This document shows, piece by piece, positions 1 through 8,400 of a stretch of DNA of 64,000 nt. The stretch's first letter is position 1. Every line of letters starts with the position of its first letter. A model generated the notes under the pieces. That model saw nothing but the letters and a program-made list of their open reading frames with translations, was not told where the DNA came from and searched no databases. Source of the DNA: an uncultured Saprospiraceae bacterium (GTDB taxonomy: Bacteria > Bacteroidota > Bacteroidia > Chitinophagales > Saprospiraceae). The position numbers were made by a program, and so were the translations under genes. The stretch covers positions 11,875 through 75,874 of the forward strand of contig CAZHNF010000010.1 in the NCBI GenBank assembly GCA_964533625.1. Reading direction: 5' to 3'.

Positions 1-3000
1 GAATCTTGCAAGCTAAACCAAGTTGTATCTCTATAGAAACCTAATGAATCTGTACCACCAAATAATCCTAATAACAAAGTATCCAAAGACACAAAACTAC
101 CCTGATCAGCGGTAACGGATTTAACGCTAATGGTTAATGGTTGAGGTTCAACAATTAAGGATTGTGAGGATAAAATGCATCCATTACTATCACGAACTGT
201 TATGGTATAAGTACCAGGTCTAAGATTGTTAAATTTAGTTGTGGAAACAAAAGGTCCACCATTTAAAGAATATTGTAATCCACTAATAGGTAAACCATTT
301 TTATCCAGGACTTCATCAATATTTATTTCGCCATTTGATTGTCCAAAACAATTTGGATTGTGCGGAGTGGAACGAATTAAAGCAATCGGATTTCCTTCTT
401 CAACAATATCTATCGTATCGGTATCAATACATCCATTAGAGGCATCTTTTACCGTAAGAATATACCTTCCACCAGGTGAACCAACTTTTATTGAAGATGT
501 ATTATTTGAGCCGATAATATTGGGGCCTGTCCAGCTATAGCTGCTTATGTTTCCTGATCCACCAACGGACTGAGAGCCACTGAGATCAATTTGTTTTACA
601 ACACATCCTAAAGTGCCTGTTTGTGTAATTTTAGCTGTTGGTAATGCATAATCTGTCCCAACCATAACATCAAGACTATCTCTGCAATTGGTTTGCTTAT
701 TTTCAACAACCAAAGTATATCTGCCAGGAGCACCAACTTTAGCATTGTACGAATTTCCACCGGAAATAATACTATTCCCTTTCCAAAATGCCTGATAGTT
801 TACCCCTTGGTCTGATTTGGTTCCAAAGATGTCGACTTGAGTACGGTCACAAGTAAATTTAAGAGGAGTATCAATGATCACCTTAGGAAGATCAACCATT
901 CTATTAACTACAAAGGTTGCTGTATTAGTACATTTAGATTTACTATCCGTTACAGTAACCGTAAAAGTTCCTGGAAGAGATGTACTTATGCTTGAAGTAG
1001 TAGAGGTTGTATTCCAGGAATACGTCAAAGGATCACCAGATCCGCTAATGGATGTTGAAGCATCAAGTGTTATTGAAGTTATTGTACAAGTTAATAAAGT
1101 TGCTCCGGTGATTTTAGCTTCCGGATATTTATACCAAGTTACGGGTACTCCAGGTGTGTTTTGCAAACATCGGTCCTTGAAGTTAATTCCTCCGGATATT
1201 GGATCCCGGTTACCTGCAAATACTGCGATATAATATGTTTTACCTAAAACCATTTTACTTGGATCAAAAACAAATTGGCCAGTTGAATTTGATGCAATGA
1301 TGGTTCCATTAATTGGATCTCCAGGTAAGCCATCATACAAAACATAGCGAATAATATCATTTGGATCCAATACGCTTTGGCTTCCATTATATAAGGCCTG
1401 AGCCTGACCATCACTGCAAAGAAGAATTGGAGTTAAATCTAAATTTCCAATTTTAGTTAGACAGGCACAAACGTGAACGCTGTCCAAAACATCTGTTGCG
1501 CAATCGTTTTTATCTTTAATATTTAAAGTAAAAGTATTACCATTTGGAATCCATCCTGATTGCCAGCTGGTGGTTACAGGAACAAATTGTCCAGGTAGAT
1601 TTAATGTTCCATTATTATATTTTCCTGTAACATTCCAACTCGGTTGATCTCCATTGCGTGAATCCACTACAACTCGATAATTTTCAGCGACAGAATCACA
1701 AATGAATCTCACCGTGCCGTCAATGAATTCTGGTGCATCATTGAACTCAATGCTTACGCGGTCTGTTCTTTTACAATTGTAATTAGCGCCTTCTAATTCA
1801 AAAATATAAATTCCCTTGATCGGAACTGTAACTAATGTACTTGTGCTGTTTGGATTTAAGATTGATGGCATACCCGGCCCGGAAATAAACTTCCAAGTTG
1901 GAGATCCATCGGTAAGAGTTCCGGATAAGGAGTATACAGAGCCACATACTTTAGCATCAGCTCCAGCATTAGGGCTTGGATACGGTTCGAAAATTATGGT
2001 CATGTTATTTGAGGCCCTTCTGCAAATATCTGCGAAGTCCACTACTCCATTTTTTGGTGCTTTATCATCACCAACTACACGTGTGATGTATACCGGTTTT
2101 TGAACCTGCATTTTTTTAGGATCAAAACAGATTACATCGTTAATTGAATAAAATGTATCCAGTGTATTTAATGTATCGTTGTAAAATGTGTTGTGTAATA
2201 CATACATAACAGCATCTTCAATTGGGTCGATGGTCACTGGTAACAATTCTCGAATTCTTACGCAGGTATCAACACAGGAGCGTATGACTGTCGAATCAAG
2301 AATCCCGGCATTAACTGGTCCGCAATTACAATTATAAGTGTCAGAGATGATGTTGGATAAGCAACCGTTCGCATCAATGATCTGGATTGTATAATTATCA
2401 AGACTTTTAATTGAATCCGACATCCAAATACTACCGTTGATCATACCATTTGTTGTAGATGGTGGAATCTTCAAGTTATAAGGAGGTTTACCAGATCGAA
2501 TATCTGCTTTTACCAAATATTTACCTACATTATTTCCACCGGATCCAAGTTCAGCACAGAAAGGGTTAATATTTAAAATTTCAGGAATTTGATTAAACGT
2601 TACAATCACTTCATCTTCTCTTACACATAATCCATTTTGATTAGACTCGCGAATTCTAAACGTATAAGTACCATAGCCTGCTCTAATAACTACATTGGTT
2701 GTTGGTGAAGATGAATTTGTAAAGGATACTAATTTATTGTCTTTTTCAAACCAGGTGATTGTAGTTCCAGAGATAGACTGAAATCCCGTAAGATTGTAAT
2801 TGTCGTTGCAAAGAGAAGTATCTCTTCCTGCTAATGGTTGTGGAATTTTATAAAAGACAAATGGAGTTCCTGTTGCTAATTTAAGGCAACCTTTACTTAA
2901 GTCTATGCCACCCATTCCGTTGCTACGACCTAATCGAGCACCTATATAATAAGTAGTTCCAAAAGTAAATAATGGGTCATACCCAAAGGAATTGGTGTTT

Positions 3001-5321
3001 ATAAATTTAATAATAGAACCTAACGGATCATTAATGTTGGTGTAAATAAAAAATATTACAGTGTCTTTATTCGGAGCTGGATCCAGGATTTCTCCATTTT
3101 TATTGTAGATAACATTAATCAGACCATCTTCACATACATTCTGAATAAGAGTGGATATGGTTCCAATAGAATTCGAACATAGGCATTCATGAGATACAAT
3201 ATAGGTGAATTCACAACCATTGATATCGCGAATGGTGACTGTATCATTAACGGTATTTGGAATTAACCCTGAAGTGTATTTGTTATTGACATCTATTGCT
3301 CCATTTCCTTTGATTAAAGTGTATGGTGGAGTTCCACCGCTAATGTTGAATTCTTTTTTGTAGGAGAGCTGATCCGGCTCGCATTTAAATGTTGGTGCAC
3401 TATGGTTTGGGGTTTCGTAGAAATTAATTGACATGGTATCATAGCTTGTGCAACCAAATCGACTTTCAGTTAAAACAAATATACCTTTTCCGAATGCCGA
3501 AGATGTAACCGTTGGGGTTGCAATATTATTTGGTGTGATAGTAGCTGATGGACCCGAAATCTGAGTCCAGGTACCGCCAACGCTAAATGTTCCACTTATT
3601 GTTTCTACTAAACCACAGACAGATTTGTCTGGTCCAGCATTAGGTGTAGGATAAGGTTGAACATTTATTTCTATACAACATTCAGGACTTGGAGGACAAT
3701 CACTTTCATAGTGATAACATAGCTTGCCAATATATGGAATACCCGTACCAGGATCATAATCCCATTTAACTACAATGTTTGGAGTATTTATTGCATTTGG
3801 AGTCTGGATAGTGCCATTGGTAATGGTCCAGATATGTCTTACGTTTGGAGGAAAAATAGTGTCTGTGGTGTAATTCACAACATCGTTTCTGCAAACCTGA
3901 AGATTTCCTTTTGGACAAACCATATTTTGTCGGAATTGATCTTCATTAATATTTTCACAAAAATTAAACGAGCATGACTTCGTTTGCGAATCGAGATTGC
4001 CAGTAATAGTAATTTCAACACAATAATCATCTTTGTTGATAACTTCAATGATGGATGTATTTCCAATACTTGATTTCGTTACATCAGATTTTCTATACCA
4101 TTTATAAGTATAACCTTGGGTTGAATAAGAATTAACAGAGCAAGTGTTATCGGTTACGGTAGCTTCCAATAAAATTTTACCATTGAAGCAATATTCTTTT
4201 AAATTAGCATTTATATTTAAAAATGTAGCAAAAAGGAAATAAGAACTATCGCATTTATACTGGTCAGTTGATTTTGAAAGAAAAATTTCAGTGCCGTTTT
4301 GACAAGTAGTAAAAGTTTGATTTGTCTTTGCTTCCCTGTATGAATCGCCCTGACATCCTAGAAAATAAATATTCGGACTAACGACTTTTGGCAGTAAAGT
4401 AAAATTAATAATTGAATCAATGCCACAGCAGTTTTCCGTAAATTGTTGGGTGTAACTACCTGAAGTATCAATCATTAAATTGACCCATTTGTAAGGTTGA
4501 TTTTCAAAACAAATGGTGCGATTGTCTCTTCGAACTGGGGCCTTTGTTACACGAATCGTATCGCAAATTGGCCCAACCTGATCACATAATGATATGGATT
4601 TAGAATTGCCAATTACAGCAGAGGCACATAAAATATATGTTCCCTCTACCATTAAGTCTAATGGAATCTTCTTATCCTTTAAGGGTAATACAACACCATC
4701 TAAAGTCCAGGTATATGCGGGTCGACATGGTGTAGAATCCTGAATGATCTCATAGAAAACATTGCAAGCACCAGCACAAATATCGTTTGGTCCAACTATA
4801 TCAGTTATTGGAGGTAAAACAGGAGGCCCTCCTTTGTCCGTTGCTAAAGTGAAATCACAAACATCTCCACTACAACCATCCACGAATAAGTAATAAGTTT
4901 TACATGGAACTAAATCGGCACAAATTTGATATGTAGAATTTGCCTTCAAACAAGAAAAAACACAGGCCACCGTATCCACGCAATCGCAATCACCGTAGAT
5001 ACCCATTTGAACACCGTCGTTCACCACAGAACAATTGGAAAATGTAATTGAAATGCATACTTTTCCTCCATTAGTAACAAACCCCCACCAACTTATATTA
5101 TTTGGAATTCCACCGTCAGGACAGAGAGCATTACAGGTTCCTAAATTTCTCTTATCTGTATTTTTACAAGAATAGCCATTAACCTCATCCAATGAGCAAA
5201 GTATGTTGGCTAAATGACAGGAATCAGAGGCAGGAGGATCACATTTTTGTCCAATTAACTTAGAAAATGATAGTACTAAAGCTAAATAGACAAACGTCTT
5301 AATTATATACTTAGTGCTCAA
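1..5321 (-). CDS. Giant cell-surface repeat protein, 3'-partial (about 1773 codons in window); probable T9SS adhesin-like cargo
   Basis: Not in the ORF track because no stop lies inside the window. The minus-strand frame (plus-strand triplets starting at positions divisible by 3) showed no stops in the stretches I hand-translated. It is closed upstream by TAG at 5349-5351. TTG at 5319-5321 gives (M)STKYIIKTFVYLALVLSFSKLIGQ, a signal-like N-terminus. Later come YP[ST]PNAG[PA]D..CG units, two-Cys repeats like the neighbour, and a SprB-type repeat (NPNCFGQSNGEINI..YSLNGG) at about 150-360. Confidence 0.75.
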   Translation of the reverse strand, partial: MSTKYIIKTFVYLALVLSFSKLIGQKCDPPASDSCHLANILCSLDEVNGYSCKNTDKRNLGTCNALCPDGGIPNNISWWGFVTNGGKVCISITFSNCSVVNDGVQMGIYGDCDCVDTVACVFSCLKANSTYQICADLVPCKTYYLFVDGCSGDVCDFTLATDKGGPPVLPPITDIVGPNDICAGACNVFYEIIQDSTPCRPAYTWTLDGVVLPLKDKKIPLDLMVEGTYILCASAVIGNSKSISLCDQVGPICDTIRVTKAPVRRDNRTICFENQPYKWVNLMIDTSGSYTQQFTENCCGIDSIINFTLLPKVVSPNIYFLGCQGDSYREAKTNQTFTTCQNGTEIFLSKSTDQYKCDSSYFLFATFLNINANLKEYCFNGKILLEATVTDNTCSVNSYSTQGYTYKWYRKSDVTKSSIGNTSIIEVINKDDYCVEITITGNLDSQTKSCSFNFCENINEDQFRQNMVCPKGNLQVCRNDVVNYTTDTIFPPNVRHIWTITNGTIQTPNAINTPNIVVKWDYDPGTGIPYIGKLCYHYESDCPPSPECCIEINVQPYPTPNAGPDKSVCGLVETISGTFSVGGTWTQISGPSATITPNNIATPTVTSSAFGKGIFVLTESRFGCTSYDTMSINFYETPNHSAPTFKCEPDQLSYKKEFNISGGTPPYTLIKGNGAIDVNNKYTSGLIPNTVNDTVTIRDINGCEFTYIVSHECLCSNSIGTISTLIQNVCEDGLINVIYNKNGEILDPAPNKDTVIFFIYTNINDPLGSIIKFINTNSFGYDPLFTFGTTYYIGARLGRSNGMGGIDLSKGCLKLATGTPFVFYKIPQPLAGRDTSLCNDNYNLTGFQSISGTTITWFEKDNKLVSFTNSSSPTTNVVIRAGYGTYTFRIRESNQNGLCVREDEVIVTFNQIPEILNINPFCAELGSGGNNVGKYLVKADIRSGKPPYNLKIPPSTTNGMINGSIWMSDSIKSLDNYTIQIIDANGCLSNIISDTYNCNCGPVNAGILDSTVIRSCVDTCVRIRELLPVTIDPIEDAVMYVLHNTFYNDTLNTLDTFYSINDVICFDPKKMQVQKPVYITRVVGDDKAPKNGVVDFADICRRASNNMTIIFEPYPSPNAGADAKVCGSVYSLSGTLTDGSPTWKFISGPGMPSILNPNSTSTLVTVPIKGIYIFELEGANYNCKRTDRVSIEFNDAPEFIDGTVRFICDSVAENYRVVVDSRNGDQPSWNVTGKYNNGTLNLPGQFVPVTTSWQSGWIPNGNTFTLNIKDKNDCATDVLDSVHVCACLTKIGNLDLTPILLCSDGQAQALYNGSQSVLDPNDIIRYVLYDGLPGDPINGTIIASNSTGQFVFDPSKMVLGKTYYIAVFAGNRDPISGGINFKDRCLQNTPGVPVTWYKYPEAKITGATLLTCTITSITLDASTSISGSGDPLTYSWNTTSTTSSISTSLPGTFTVTVTDSKSKCTNTATFVVNRMVDLPKVIIDTPLKFTCDRTQVDIFGTKSDQGVNYQAFWKGNSIISGGNSYNAKVGAPGRYTLVVENKQTNCRDSLDVMVGTDYALPTAKITQTGTLGCVVKQIDLSGSQSVGGSGNISSYSWTGPNIIGSNNTSSIKVGSPGGRYILTVKDASNGCIDTDTIDIVEEGNPIALIRSTPHNPNCFGQSNGEINIDEVLDKNGLPISGLQYSLNGGPFVSTTKFNNLRPGTYTITVRDSNGCILSSQSLIVEPQPLTISVKSVTADQGSFVSLDTLLLGLFGGTDSLGFYRDTTWFSLQD

Positions 5322-5448
5322 AATCAGTAATTTAAATATTCCAAAATACTATAATACCTACTATTTTACGAACCAATTTAAGGCTTTTTTTGAAGTTTAA
5401 AGTCTATTTTTAATTGTTCTTTAGAAAAACAAGGAATATCCTAGTATA

Positions 5449-8400
5449 TCATCTTATGAGCGTAAGGTTGCCATACTTTTCAACAAGAGTTCCTAGTTGA
5501 GTTTTGGCAATAATATGATAGACAAATACCCCAGGATTTAGAGGTTTGCCATTGAATTCACCACTCCAACCAAATCCTTTTTGACGAGGGTCAAAGTTTT
5601 CTTTGTGATAAACTCTTGCACCCCAGCGATCATATACTTCAAACACCTCAATCGTCAAAATACCTTCTTGAACTGAAAATTCAAAGATATCATTCAGGCC
5701 ATCTCCATTTGGACTATAAACATCCGGTGTATATATGTCAATATCCGTTAAAACTTCGATGAGTACCTTGTCCCTCACTTCACAACCTGCGCTATCCAGT
5801 AATATCAATTCATATTCTGTAGTTTTAGTTGGTTTTGCAATAGGCTGTGTACAATTTATACATGAAAGTCCTAAAGTCGGTTGCCATGTTGAAGAAAATA
5901 TATTCAACATATTTGTCTGAATAGTTAATTGGATCTGATCTCCGGGATTTATAATCGCGTCTTTGAATATTACCAAAGAATAAGGTGATTTTTCACTAAC
6001 TGTAATTAAAGTATCGTAATCACATTGGAATTTATCTCTTATTCTTACTTGATACTGCCCAGCAATTAATTGATTAAAAACTGAATTAGATGAATAGTTT
6101 GTTCCATCCAGAGAATAAGTGTATTCCTCTTCGCCCCCAATTACCTTTAGTATTCGTATTTCTCCATCTGATCTATTAAGACAACTAACGTCTATGGTTT
6201 GTATGTTTGCACTAATGATATCATTAATGGTATCACTTATCGATATGCTTTGAATGTTACTACATCCTGTTAACTGACTTTTTACTTCTAAAAAGTATTT
6301 GCCACCATTACGGATTTGAAGACTATCTGAATTAGAATTTAAAATTAAACCTATGCTGTCTTTCCAAATAAATTGGTTGGTCAAAGGATCTAAGCTAGTT
6401 GATCGAATCGTTATAATTTTATTATTGCATCTGAATGTATCCAGTTGAATCAAACTAAATAATGGTTTGGAAGTATCTAAATTAATTTGGATGGTTGTAT
6501 CAATAAAGCATCCATATTGATTGGATAATCTAAGTTTATACAAACCAGCCTGGCGTACGATTGGGTTTTGATTGTTGGAATTGAAATTTGGTCCTGACCA
6601 GGTAAATATGGAATCGCCTGTGCCTGCTGTTAAAATGATACGTACTGAATCTCTAAGGCAATTCAGATCTGATGTAATAATTGATGTGATCCTTGGAAAA
6701 CTATCGTTTTTAAAAACATTAAGTGAAGCTACATTGCTGCATCCATTTTTACATGTTACTACAATGTTGTATTTACCCGTATCGCGCACTTTAATATTAT
6801 TGCTTATAATGTTCTGATTCCTTGGTGTAGTCCATATGATTGATCCATCTCTGCAGGAAGTAATTACTGAAAGATCAATAGAGTCTTGCCTGCATTTCAG
6901 GGTGTAATCTTGTACAATAATGGTAGGTTTTATAGTATCTGCGAATACTTCATGATCAACCTGAGTTATGCACTTGTTATTATCTTTTTTTACTTCAACT
7001 TTATATTTTCCAGCAGTGGACGTTAGAAGAGGATTTCCGCTAAAAGTTTTAGAATTGGAATCAGTCCATATAATTCGAACATTTTGGTCACTCAGGTTCT
7101 CAACTATTAATGTCGCCATTGGTCTGTTGCAACTTATAGAATCTGAACGGATGCTAAAAGTTGGTTTAATGGTATCTAAAAGTATATCTACGAAAGTATC
7201 TAGAGCACAGAAATTTTTATTTAAAATGCGTACTTGATATCGTCCTGTCCCAGGAAATATTGGTTCAGCGAGGCTGGAATTAAATCCATTTCCACTCCAT
7301 TGATAAGTAACCAGGCTATCAATAAGGTTAACTTTTGCCTTTAGATTTTTTATTTCGCAATTTAATGTATCGCTATAAATATTTAATACCTGGTTCTTAA
7401 GTGTATCGTATTTTATTTGGATTCTATTTTGAAATGGGCAGTTGGCGCTATCTCTTGCCATCATGGTGTAGTTCCCTTCCAATGGCTGATTAATTCTTCG
7501 AGTATTAATAATATTGCCATTTGGATCTATCCATTGGAAAAATTCAATACTATCGATTGAATTAAATTCAATAAATGGATTACTTTTATTTTTACAGTTT
7601 ATTATGGTGTCTGAAAAATTTATAATCGGAGGCTTAATTTTGCTAATTACTTCAATTGAATCAATGAACTCGCACCCAAACAAGTCTGTAACCGTTATTA
7701 AATAAAATCCTGATTCACCAATTTTAAAAATTGAGTTCGAATCAATACTTCCGTTGGGATATTGCCATTGATATTTTAGGTTTGTCAAGTTCGTTTTAAC
7801 AGAGATAAATCCACTATCACGACGACAAGTTAAAGTATCTGCCAGCAAATTAACTTTTGGGGGACTTGTGTTTTCAATTACAGTATGCCTGTAAAGACTT
7901 GTGCATCCATTAGAATCAGTGACCTTTAATTGATAATTTCCCCCTTGTCGAACCGATAATTTTACAGCTTGTATCGTATCTAATAAAGTATTTATCCATT
8001 GATATCGAACTCCTGGTATTATTGGAAGGACTACGAGATCAGCAAAGTTTTTCAAACAACTGATCGAATCACTACTGACGTTTACCATTGATCGTGCTGT
8101 ATCTACCACCACCAAAATACTGTCGGACGACGTACAATGATTTTTACCTAATACAGTTAAATAATATTTCCCACCATCACTGGTCAAAGGAAAGGAGTCA
8201 GTAGAAAAAACTAAATTATTGTGAGTCCATTCTATAGATTGAATGGATCCCCGATAATCTACCGAGAATTTGGTTATACTTTTTAAACAAGTAACAGTAT
8301 CTGCAGAGATGAACGAAAATGGAGTTATGGTGTCAATTACAACTTCAATTGTTCTTTGGGAAGTGCAATTATTGGATCCCGTAACAGTAACGGTGTATAA

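Noticed and set aside
226-4066. Track ORFs 226-540, 874-1233, 1816-2103 (plus strand) and 3875-4066 (minus strand, other frame).
   Set aside because: All lie inside the open giant minus-strand frame (1-5321). Their translations are low-complexity with no motifs. They are shadow ORFs typical of long repeat genes.
5735-7705. Plus-strand ORFs 5735-5920, 6572-6817, 6968-7237 and 7514-7705.
   Set aside because: They are antisense to the well-supported 1798-aa gene and carry no recognisable features.
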